A stretch of 48,424 nucleotides of DNA. Origin: Candidatus Latescibacterota bacterium. Its GTDB lineage: Bacteria > Latescibacterota > UBA2968 > UBA8231. Below the pieces are notes generated by a model. It was not told the origin of the DNA. It saw only the letters and a program-made list of their open reading frames with translations, and did no database searches. The position numbers and the translations under genes are program-made. The stretch lies in assembly GCA_965205655.1 (NCBI GenBank), contig CBDBIJ010000121.1, positions 1 to 48,424 on the forward strand, written 5' to 3'. Of the stretch, positions 29,062 to 39,162 are shown piece after piece (position 1 is the stretch's first letter; each line of letters begins with the position of its first letter).

Positions 29062-31705
29062 GTGGCGAGCGGCGATCGCAGGGCGCGACAGTGGCAAGAG
29101 GTGGAGGAGTACCGGAACCTGTTGGAGGCGCCCAACCGCTTCGAAACCGGTTTCACGCTACGCACCGTAGTCGGCGTCCTGTTCATCTCCCTGATCATGA
29201 CGCCCGGAGAAATGTATCTGGGTCTGGTGACCGGGGGAGGAATCGGCGCCGCCGCCCAGTGGGTCACAGTGATTCTCTTCCTGGAGGTGGCCAAGCGATC
29301 GTTCACCTCCCTGCGCCGGCAAGAGATCTACCTGCTGGTATACGTGGCGTCTGCGCTGGTGGCTCGCGAAGAAGGGGCCTTTCTGGAGCTGCTCTGGCGC
29401 CAGTACTTCGTGACCTCGGTCGAAGCCGAGCAGTTCGGGATTTCACGTTTGCTGCCCTGGTGGTGGGTTCCCGACTCCAACTCCGAGGCGATCGCCGAAC
29501 GAACGTTTCTGCACCGCGACTGGGCGATTCCGATCCTGCTGCTCGTTCTGGGCACGATCATCAGCCGCATCGCCTGGTTCACTTCCGGGTACATGTTGTT
29601 CCGCCTGACCTCCGATCGGGAACAGCTGCCCTTTCCCACGGCACCCATGGCGGCCCTGTCATCGATGGCCCTCGCCGAAGAAAGCGGCGATGAGGCCGAG
29701 ACGTGGAAATGGCCGGTTTTCAGTATCGGTGCCGCCATCGGCGCGGTGTTCGGTCTGGTGTACGTGGGACTGCCCACAGTCACAGAGCTCCTAGGGCAGC
29801 GAGTGAGTCTCATTCCGATTCCGTTCGCGGATTTCACCCCGTACTTCGGCAGATTCATTCCCGCGGCGCCCCTGGCGATCAGCATGAATCTGGGACCGAT
29901 CTTCGCCGGACTCCTCATGCCGTTCTGGGCGGTCATCGGCTCATTTGCCGGCGTCGTGTTCCACATCATTGTCAGCCCGCTTCTCTACGATCTGGGTCTG
30001 TTGCCGCGGTGGGAGCTTGGCATGGACACCATTCGGACCCAGATCGCAACCGGCATAGATTTCTGGCGGGCGTTCTCTATCGGCGTCACCATCGCCGTGA
30101 CGATCATCAGTTTCTACCAATTGTTCGCGACCGGGCGCGAGAAGAGACTGGAGGTCCGGGCAAAGCTGGAAGGCGCCCCCGGGTCCCGATATCCCAGTAT
30201 ATGCCAGCACGAGGGCTGTGAGCGCCCCTCCCGGGTACGCGGCCTGTGTCTGACTCATCTCGGCCGCGGCGACTTCAATCTATGGGCTTGCGCCGCCCTG
30301 TTCTGCGTCGCCGCTATCTATCCGATCATCCTCGCCAAAACCCTCTTTCCAACGCTTGTGAGCGTCGGTCTTCTGCTGACCTTCGTTCTGATCGCCTTTG
30401 TGTACGCTCCCATCATGTCATTCGTCAGTGCGCGCCTGGATGGGCTGATTGGCCAAGAGGTTTCAATTCCGCACATCCACGAGGCGGCGATCCTGCTGAC
30501 CGGGTACCGCGGAGTGGATATCTGGTTCGTCCCGTTTCCCACTCGCAACTACGGCGGCCACGCGGAGGCATTCCGCGTCGTGGAACTCACCGGCATGCGC
30601 TTCACCAGCCTGCTCAAGGCGGAGCTCTTCATGATTCCGGTCGTCCTCGGAGTCAGCCTCATGTACTGGACGTTCCTCTGGCGACTGGCGCCGATCCCCT
30701 CGGCCAGTTATCCGTACGCCCAGATGATGTGGCCGCTGCAGGCCTTCGATCGGGCCCTGTTCTTCTCCAGCACCATGTACTCGCGGAACTGGCGCGCCGG
30801 CGAAGAGGTGGAAGGCCAGGTGCTTGAGCGCGGGCAGGCGGTCTGGAGTCCGAGCAATCTTCAAGACAGGCGGTTGTGGTACTGGCGCGCCCGCAGCACT
30901 GTCGACGTCCATATTCCCGATCCGGCGAAACGGACGTACGGTCCGTGGTCTCGAGTAGGATACTTCTACACCGACTTCGACGGCGCCGGTCCCCTGGAGG
31001 AAGGTGCTGAACCGGTGAGCCGGCCGCCGGCATCGACGACCCGGGGCCAGTGTCGAGCAACTCGCGGCCGCTCCGCGACTGCTGTGGCCACCAGACGGTG
31101 CGGCAGTGTCGACTCCCAATCCGAATTTCCGGGCGCGGTCGGAGGTGGCCGGCGATGACAGCGTGGATTTCTACTTCCAGGTGGATCGCGTTCCAGACTT
31201 CGACGGTGAGTTTCTCTTCGATTCGGGGGACCGCCCGCTCCTCTTTCAGGTACTCTGGGAGGATTTGAAGTTCACCGGCAATCGCCGCGACGACGATGGG
31301 GACGGTCGCGTCGACGAGGAATTGGTAAATGGGTACGACGACGACGGCGACGGGCGTATCGACGAAGACTTTCACCATCCGCTGGCAGGGCGCAAATGGC
31401 CCATCATCGCCATCGGTGCCGGTTTCGGTCTGGTGGTCTACTTCACCCTTTCCTTTGTCGGCCTGCCCATCTTTCTCATCTGGGGGTATGTGCAGAGCGT
31501 CAACGGCATTCCTCACGACCTGCTGCCGCAGATCATCGGGGCCCTGCTGGCGCGGTTCTACTTTTGGAAGCGGTACGGAAAACAGGAGTGGAGGCGGTAT
31601 GCCATGGTGCTGGCGGTCGGGTTCGGAGCCGGGATGGCATTGATCGGCATGTTCTGTGCCGCCCTGGCCATAATCGGCAAGGCCGTGTCGACTCTCTCCT
31701 ACTGA
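29062..31705 (+). CDS. OPT/'peptide transporter'-like membrane protein with inserted soluble domains (~880 aa); one +1 frameshift near 31043-31046
   Basis: GFTLRTVVG first TM, LTSDREQLPFP motif, many TM helices. ORF 31106..31705 frame is open upstream (ASVEQLAAAPRLLWPPDG) and supplies the C-terminal TMs. Confidence 0.75.
31289..31369 (+). repeat. Two tandem DDDGDGR(V/I)DE Ca-binding-type peptide repeats
   Basis: gacgacgatggggacggtcgcgtcgacgag and gacgacgacggcgacgggcgtatcgacgaa, 51 bp apart. Confidence 0.8.
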
Positions 31706-31722
31706 CACGTGAACGTTAGATC

Positions 31723-33870
31723 ATGAAAAATCAGATTCCCAGCGAGTGGCAGCAGGCCGGCGGATTTGCCGGACAGCAGGACCGGGTCGACTCGTCAGGT
31801 CGTGGCGACGGTGTCAGAAAGCGCGCCCTGCTGGTCGGAGCGCTGCTGGTCTGTTTCCTGACGGTGGGAGCTGCCCATGTGGAGATTCTCCTGCGCAGCT
31901 CATACGTGAGCGGCGATGCCAGCACCGTGGGCGCCTTCGTGCTGCTGTTTTTCGTCGGCGGCGTCCTCAATGCGCTCCTGAAGATCGGTGCCCGCATGGG
32001 CGCCGCCATCGTCCTTGCCCTTTTCGCCTGCGCCATCTTCCTCGGATACTACTGGCCCCTCGCCCAGGTGGACCTGCGCTCTCCGAGCGAGCTCTTCTGC
32101 GCCATCCTGGTAGTCCTTGCGCTGTCCAATCTCTACAATGTCAGCCGCGGCCGTTCCCTGGTGCTGAATCGATCTGAGCTGATTCTCGTTTACTTCATGC
32201 TGCTGGTCGCCTCGGCCGTGTGCACGCTGGGTTTAAGTGGACTGATGGTACCCGTGCTCGCCTCGCCGTTCTACTACGCCTCCGGCGACAACCAGTGGGC
32301 GGAGAAGCTGTTCCCTTTGCTTGGGGAACGGCGATTCGTCGTCGACGATGGCCAGGAGAACGTGGCCTTCTTCGAAGGGCTCGGACCCGATGCGGCCGGG
32401 GCTCCCATCGCCGCCTGGGTCGAGCCTCTGTTCTGGTGGGGTGTCTTCGTTCTGGCGCTGTGCGTCACGGTAATCTGCCTGATGGTGATCGTGCGGCGCC
32501 AGTGGATGGAGCACGAGCGCCTTCCCTATCCCGCCGCCCAGGTGCCCATGGCCCTCATCAATGGGGAAGACCGCCGCCGGCTCATCAACGATTTCTTCCG
32601 CAGCGGTAGGATGTGGTGCGGGTGCGCCATTCCACTGGTACTGGGCAGCATGCAGGCCGCGCGGTCATACGACCCGTCCCTGCCACTCGTGGAGCTCAGC
32701 TGGGAGTTCGATTTCTTCGGGGAGATCCTGCCATGCCGGTTCAACTTCATCCTGCTGGGATTCTCCTACCTGATCAACACGCAGATCGCCGCCTCCATCT
32801 GGATCTTTCACCTGCTGTTCAAGGTCGAGTCGCTGCTGCTGCCGGTCATGGGTCTGCGTTCGGTCCAGCCAGCGGTATACGAGGGGGCTACAACGACCTT
32901 CATGGCGTCACAGGGGGGCGGTGCCCTGCTCGCCATGACTGTTGCAGGGCTATGGTTGTCGTGGCAGCACCTCCGGACGGTGGCCAGAGCTGCATTGGGG
33001 CGGGGGACTCCCCGCCAGGACGAGGACGAGATTATCTCCTACCGCGCCGCCGTCCTGGGGATTCTGAGCGGCGGGGCAGTGATGAGCGGCTGGCTGTGGT
33101 CAATGGGCATGCCCATGCTTTTTGCTGCTCTGCTGGTTGTGGTGGGTCTGCTGCTGTTTCTCGGCATCGCCCGCTACGTTTCCGAGACGGGGTTGGTGCT
33201 GGCAGCTTCGCCGGTGGGCGCCCCCTCCCTCGTTCTTCAGAGTACGGGCAGCGGTCTGCTCGGGCCATCGGGAATAGTGGGACTCACCCTTGTCAGTGTC
33301 TGTATGCGGACGTTTCTGATGACGGCGTGCGCCACCGGTCTGAAACTGGTGGGCGAGATGGCCCCAGCCAGTCGTCGGCAGGTCTCCCGGGCGCTAGCGC
33401 TGGCTCTGGTCATCGGCGTGGCCGCCGGCGTCTATATGAGTGTGCATCTTGCGTACTGGTACGGCGGGGTCAATCTGCACGGGAATCTTTACAAGAGCGG
33501 CCCCGTCGCCCTGTTCAACGGCATCGTGAACAACGCGGACCCTTCCGGTCCGTACTGGCCAGGCATCGGATTCATGGCCGCAGGGGCGGGCACCATGCTG
33601 ATGCTGATCTGGGCGCGCATTCATGTGGCCTGGTGGACGCTGCACCCGCTCGGTTTTCCCCTCAGTATGACCCTCCATGCCGTCTGGTTCAACGTCTTCC
33701 TCGCATGGCTTTTGAAGCGTTTGATCTTTCGCTACGGCGGTGCGGCGGCCTACCGACTGATGCAGCCGTTTTTCCTCGGTCTGATTGCCGGCCAGAGCCT
33801 GTGTGTGGTGCTGTGGGTGGCGATCGGCACCCTAACGGGGCAGACGCAGGTTGCGCTGTTTCGGTTTTGA
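31723..33870 (+). CDS. DUF6785/DUF6784-like polytopic membrane protein (OPT-like)
   Basis: RALLVG, LNRSELILVY, RRQWMEHERLPYP, WWTLHPLGF and RYGG..AYR...PFFLGLIAG motifs. Confidence 0.78.
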   Translation: MKNQIPSEWQQAGGFAGQQDRVDSSGRGDGVRKRALLVGALLVCFLTVGAAHVEILLRSSYVSGDASTVGAFVLLFFVGGVLNALLKIGARMGAAIVLALFACAIFLGYYWPLAQVDLRSPSELFCAILVVLALSNLYNVSRGRSLVLNRSELILVYFMLLVASAVCTLGLSGLMVPVLASPFYYASGDNQWAEKLFPLLGERRFVVDDGQENVAFFEGLGPDAAGAPIAAWVEPLFWWGVFVLALCVTVICLMVIVRRQWMEHERLPYPAAQVPMALINGEDRRRLINDFFRSGRMWCGCAIPLVLGSMQAARSYDPSLPLVELSWEFDFFGEILPCRFNFILLGFSYLINTQIAASIWIFHLLFKVESLLLPVMGLRSVQPAVYEGATTTFMASQGGGALLAMTVAGLWLSWQHLRTVARAALGRGTPRQDEDEIISYRAAVLGILSGGAVMSGWLWSMGMPMLFAALLVVVGLLLFLGIARYVSETGLVLAASPVGAPSLVLQSTGSGLLGPSGIVGLTLVSVCMRTFLMTACATGLKLVGEMAPASRRQVSRALALALVIGVAAGVYMSVHLAYWYGGVNLHGNLYKSGPVALFNGIVNNADPSGPYWPGIGFMAAGAGTMLMLIWARIHVAWWTLHPLGFPLSMTLHAVWFNVFLAWLLKRLIFRYGGAAAYRLMQPFFLGLIAGQSLCVVLWVAIGTLTGQTQVALFRF

Positions 33871-33881
33871 GGTTGTGCTGG

Positions 33882-34421
33882 CTACTTCTTGTAAGCCCCG
33901 TTTCTGACTCCCTGCAGATCACCGATTGAGGTGCGACCGAACAGGGCGCTTCCCATCTTCACACTCTCCTCACCGAACATCATATTCACTGTGAAGATAT
34001 CTCGCTCGATGTCGACCATCTGTGACTCCACGAAGCTGTAGTACTGCCCCTCGGTCGCCTCGAAGACGTAGTCACAGCTGCGTTCGTGACACTCGTCCGT
34101 CCAGTAGTTGCCTCGCCACCAGTGAACGACAAACTGTGTTTCGGGCACCCCCGTGTCGGGATGCTCGTCGAGAAGCTCGCGCGCATAGGCGAAGATGCCA
34201 CTCTCGAAGGTCCAGTAGGTGACTTGTGGAACATATACTGCCTTGCCATCGAGGTCGGGTATACGGGCGTCTGTGTAGACGAAAAGCGCCTTACCGTCGA
34301 GCCGATCGGATGCCTGGGGGTTGAGCGAACTATCGCCGCCCTCGGGTGCTGAGGGCCCAGTGGCGGAGTCGCTGCCGCAAGCCGGCAGCAGGGCGATAAG
34401 CAGGAAAAGTAGGAAATGCAT
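33882..34421 (-). CDS. Lipoprotein of unknown function
   Basis: MHFLLFLLIALLPA-C lipobox, low-complexity tether GSDSATGPS, GGAGGA RBS before ATG 34421. Confidence 0.75.
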   Translation of the reverse strand: MHFLLFLLIALLPACGSDSATGPSAPEGGDSSLNPQASDRLDGKALFVYTDARIPDLDGKAVYVPQVTYWTFESGIFAYARELLDEHPDTGVPETQFVVHWWRGNYWTDECHERSCDYVFEATEGQYYSFVESQMVDIERDIFTVNMMFGEESVKMGSALFGRTSIGDLQGVRNGAYKK

Positions 34422-34818
34422 GACGATCCTCCTCCCATTGAAGGGACTTAAATGAAAAAGCCAGGGTATATTCAATCGGTCAATGCAACATTCTCCCCAC
34501 TAATCTAATCATAGGAGATGTTGCACATGGCTCAAATGGGACGACCAGGATTGTCCGCGTCACAGAAGTTGGAGGTATGGCGTCGATGGAAGAGCGGCCA
34601 GTCGCATAGCGATATTGGTCGGGCGCTCGGGAAGCATCCGGCGTCGATTCATGGTGTCATCACCGCCAATGGGGGCATCGTACCAATGCCGCGTCGACGC
34701 TCTCGATGGGCTCTTGCCTGGGAAGAGCGTGAAGAGATCTCTCGAGGTATCGCTGCGGGAAAATCGATACGAATAATTGCGGCCGCTGTTGAGCGTGCAC
34801 CCTCGACGGTTAGCCGAG

Positions 34819-36247
34819 CGCTTTGTCCCGATCTTAGTTGAAACAGCACAGGCTCCAATCGTTACGTTTTGATACGAGAAGCCCGTTGGAAGAAGTCTCG
34901 CATCGGTAACAAAAGGAGCCTGCAATGAGCAAGCTAGTAGCACGGAAGAAGGGCGTCAAACGAACGGTGAGCATCGGCAAGGTAGCACCCGAGACTGCAG
35001 AGCAAGTAGAGGACCTGGATGGCCGGATCGAGGCGATCCAATGGCTGATTCCCTTGGGGCTGCAGGCGGTCGCGGAGGAGCTGCAAAGAGCGGTCGTTGA
35101 GTTGGCTGGGCCGCGGTATCAGCGCAAGGGGTCGGATCAGCCGTTACGCCGCTGGGGGTCTCAGCTCGGGTCGGTGTACCTGGCCGACCAGAAACTACCC
35201 GTCGATGTGCCGCGGGTGCGCAACGTGGCCAACCATACCGAGGTCCCGCTGGATGTTTACCAGGCACTGCAGACGCCTCGACAGATGGACGAAGGTCTGC
35301 TGTTGCGGATGCTGAAGGGCATCGCCACGCGCAACTACGAGGCCTGCGCTGAGGCCGTACCCGAGGCCTTTGGTCTGTCATCCTCATCGGTGTCCCGTCG
35401 TTACGTGAAAGGCACGGCTCGAAAGCTGGCTGAATTCCAGGAGCGATCCCTGGAAGGATATGATCTGGTGGCGCTATTCCTCGACGGCAAGAGCTTCGCG
35501 GACGAGGAGATCATCATCGCCCTGGGCGTCACCCTCGACGGACAGAAGATTCCTCTTGGCTTCGTGCAGGCGGCCACGGAACAACGAGCGCGTCTGCCGT
35601 CGCTTCCTGTCCGATCTGGTCGAACGCGGTATGCAGTACGAAGCCGGACTGTTGGTCGTCATCGACGGCGCCAAGGGGCTTTACAAGGCGGTGATGTCGG
35701 TGCTCAAAGGACATGCCTGCGTGCAGCGCTGCCAGTATCACAAGCGCCAGAACGTCGTGTCGTATCTGTCCAAAAGCGAGCAGTCCGGTATGGGTCGCAA
35801 GATGGAGGCGGCCTACGGCAAACCGAGATACGAGGCGGCCAAGGCGGCACTGGACGCGCTCAAACCGGGCTTGAAGTTGATGAATCAGTCCGCCCTACAC
35901 AGCCTCGAGGAAGGCATGGAAGAGACCCTCACACTCCATCGGTTGGGACTGACGCCGATGCTCAAGGATTCCTTCCGCACCACCAACTGCATCGAGAACG
36001 TCAACAGTCTCCTGGAGCAGCTCACACACAACGTGCGACGCTGGACCAACTCATCACAGCGTCACCGTTGGGTAGCCACGGCACTGCTCGACATCGAACC
36101 ACGTCTGCGCAGGGTCAAGGGCTATCGCCATCTGCCGATGCTCCGGCAAGCCATACAAGCCGAACTCGGCATCAAACAGCTCGCGATGATGGGCCGACAC
36201 ACTCACCAGAGCCTGTGATTTGTTTCAACTGAAACTGGGCCTTGACC
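34819..36247 (+). mobile_element. IS256-family element B (1429 bp)
   Basis: 8-bp TSD TAGCCGAG at 34811-34818 and 36248-36255; both ends share AGTTGAAACA...CACAGGCT. Confidence 0.92.
34925..36218 (+). CDS. IS256-family transposase; +1 frameshift near 35582
   Basis: LFLDGK, VIDGAKG, QRCQYHK, RTTNCIEN. The paralog at 39213-40484 reads ATENERV where this copy has one extra base. Confidence 0.88.
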
Positions 36248-37100
36248 TAGCCGAGAGATTGCCCGCAATGGCGGGCGGCAAAGGTACCGAGCAAACGTCG
36301 CCGACCAAGCAGCCTGGACGCGCGCCAGCCGGCCGAAATGCTGCCGACTCGCATCCAATCTTCGTTTGCGGCGAGTCGTGGCGGACAAGCTACGCCTGAA
36401 GTGGTCACCTGAGCAGATATCGGGATGGCTGAAGCGGGAGTATGCGCTTTTAGGAAATATGCAGATATCCCACGAAACGATCTATCGAACTCTCTTCATC
36501 CAGGCACGCGGGGCACTCAACAAGGACCTCATTGCGCATCTGCGGACGCGAAGGATGATGCGGCGATCCAAGAAGGCAAGCACACGCGATCAGCCGAGAG
36601 GCCGGATCGTCGACGCCGTATCCATCAGCGAGCGGCCTGCCGAGATCGAGGACCGCGCCGTTCCCGGCCACTGGGAGGGAGACTTGATCTCGGGGTCGAA
36701 CAACACGCACATCGCCACGTTGGTGGAGCGGCAGTCTCGGTTCACGATGCTCGTGAAGCTCAACGGCAAAGACACCGAGACCGTTGTCAGAGCGCTGATC
36801 AGCCAGGTGAAACGACTCCCCTCCGCGGTGCGGTTGTCCCTTACCTGGGATCGAGGAATGGAGCTAGCTCGGCACAAGGAGTTCTCGATCGCAACTGACG
36901 TCGAGGTGTATTTCTGTGATCCTCAGAGTCCCTGGCAACGAGGCACAAATGAGAACACGAATCGCCTTCTTCGACAGTACTTCCCGAGGAAGACCGATCT
37001 GTCGCCATTCTCCCAAGCCGACCTGAACAGAGTCGCTCTTCAACTGAACCAGCGCCCGCGGAAGACGTTGGGGTTCGTTTCACCCGCAGAACGCTTCAAT

Positions 37101-37134
37101 GAAGGTGTTGCGTTGACGAAGGTGTTGCGTTGAC
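37101..37134. repeat. 17-bp tandem duplication at the IS30 right end (copy 2)
   Basis: GAAGGTGTTGCGTTGAC twice. Confidence 0.9.
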
Positions 37135-37287
37135 TGGTTGAACTCGCGGGGCCATTGATCTGCAAGTCAGCTGCTGAATGAGGCAAATGGCTACTTAGGG
37201 TACGCGTGCAGAGGACACGCCGGTCCGCCCTCCACCTTAAACACTACCACCACTGCGACTGCGTCCGCCCCCTACGAGCCAAAACGA

Positions 37288-38833
37288 TCAGCTCGCCACA
37301 CAGCGCCTCTCCCACGCGTAGTACATCTCCACCATCTCGCGTACACGCTCCGGATACTGAGCGGCGAGGTCGTTCTCCTCGGTGCGGTCGGCCTCCAGAT
37401 CGTATAGTTCCCACAGCGCATCCGGATCCTCCGGCCCCTTCTCCTCCGACCTCGCCTCCTCAACGCGCCGCCACGGCTTGCACCACACCCAGTAGTCGGG
37501 GAGACACCAGCTTCCACTTACCCGCTCTCACCGCACGCCAGAGCCCATCCTGATTCCAGTAAATCGTCTCGTGCCCCTCGCGCTGCTCACCCCTGAAAAT
37601 CGGCGCCAGACTCTTCCCCTCCAGAGGCGTAACCTCTCTCCCGCCGTAGGTCGAAGGGTACTCAACCCCGGCCACATCCGCACACGTGGCCATCACATCG
37701 ATGAGGTGACCGACCTGATGAGTGATCTGGCCGCCATTGCCAATCACCTGTGGCCAGTAGGCGATCAGCGGGGTGGCGATGCCGCCCTCGTGGTTCCAGC
37801 GCTTGAACTTGCGAAATGGTGTATTGCTGAGATTGGCCCAGGGCAGGTTCACCGAATGGTAGGAATCCACCGGCCCGGGTGGAAAATCGGGCGTGCTCGT
37901 CCTGTCCTCGTTGCTGGCGCCGTTGTCTGAAAGAAACAGCACGAGCGTGTTCTCCTCCTCGCCGAGCTCGCGGATCCTGGCCATCAGACGGCCGATGTTC
38001 TGATCAAGGCTGTCGACCATGGCCGCGTAGACTGCCATCTTCAGGTCCCAGGCATCCTTGTCCTCGATCTCCTCCCACGGCAGCGAGTCGGGATCGCGCG
38101 CCGACAGGGCCCATCGGTCTTCGATAAGCCCCATCTCGAGCATCCGCTCCATGCGCTGCTCTCGCAGAGTGTCCCAACCGACCTTGTACTTACCCTGGTA
38201 TTTGGCGATGTCTCGCGGCCGTGCCTGCAACGGGAAGTGAGGTGCCGTATACGCCATATACAGGAAGAAGGGATTCTCGTCCCGCCCGTATTCATCGAGA
38301 TATCCGAGGGCGCGGTCGGTGAAGGCGTCGGTCGTGTAGTAGTCCATGTCCTCGGGTGTGTACGGCTTGATGACTTCGTCGTCGATGGCGAAAGCCGCGT
38401 AGTCGTGTGCCGGGGTCTTCCTCGCCGGCTCCGGCTCGCCGGCCCGTCGCACCCCGGGGTTGAAGAAATTGCAGCCGCCACCGACGGGTCCGTAATTGCG
38501 GTCGAAGCCGCGCTCGCAAGGTATCTCTGAGAGCTGATCCTGTAGATGCCACTTGCCGGTCATCAGGGTGTGGTAACCGGCCGTCTTGAGCAACTCGGCG
38601 ATGGTGACGCAGCCGGGCGATCTCTCTCGGTCGACCTGCTGGGAGTAGAGACCGGTCAGCAGCGAGGCCCGCGTGGCGCAGCAAATGGCGTTGTTGTAGA
38701 ACTGGGAGAAGCGAAGCCCGTTCGAGGCGAGCCGATCCAGGTTCGGAGTGGCGATCTCACCGCCATAGCAGCCGAGGTCGGAATAGCCCATGTCATCGGC
38801 GACGATCAGGACGATATTCGGTCTGGTGCTCAC
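37288..38833 (-). CDS. Arylsulfatase (S1 family); +1 frameshift near 37498-37501
   Basis: RPNIVLIVADDMG, CCATRASLLTG, GKWHL, YTAPHFPL, SDNG, K...HEGG. The C-terminal WELYDLEADRTE lies in ORF 37288..37488. Confidence 0.9.
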
Positions 38834-39162
38834 AGGCCTTCCTCCCTATCTGGGTCTGGGTTGCTGCGGCAATTGAGAGTAGTCGAACTCGTTGTCTTCG
38901 AACGGAGCGGAGAAATGGGTGACTTCGTGAGGTGACAGTTCGTGCCCACTTCGGCGAATCAGGTCCATCGCTCGGCGACTCTTTTCGGACTCCTCCATGT
39001 ACTGTTCAGCTGACCAGCGTGCGTGTATCTTGCTCAGACACTCTTCGGCTATCTCCGCGCAAGCTATGTCCCCGGCCCGGTCGCGCAGCTCGCCCGGGTC
39101 CTCTTCCAGGTTGAAAAGCTGATACGATTTGAACTCGTGGTAATAGTTCAACTTCCACGGTC

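Larger units (their letters stand above)
34518..37133 (+). pseudogene. IS30 transposase split by IS256 element B
   Basis: 34518-34818 plus 36256-37133 rejoin to the same 392 aa length as 15370..16548, and the visible segments match it. Confidence 0.92.
34466..37149 (+). mobile_element. IS30-family insertion sequence, copy 2, interrupted by IS256-family element B
   Basis: Same ends as copy 1; 2-bp TSD GG at 34464-34465 and 37150-37151; length minus the insert and its TSD is 1247 bp. Confidence 0.92.

Noticed and set aside
15354..37149. Inversion or composite element bounded by the inverted IS30 copies
   Set aside because: Copy 1 is flanked by both halves of the same PhyH gene and each copy has its own 2-bp TSD; flanks have not been exchanged.
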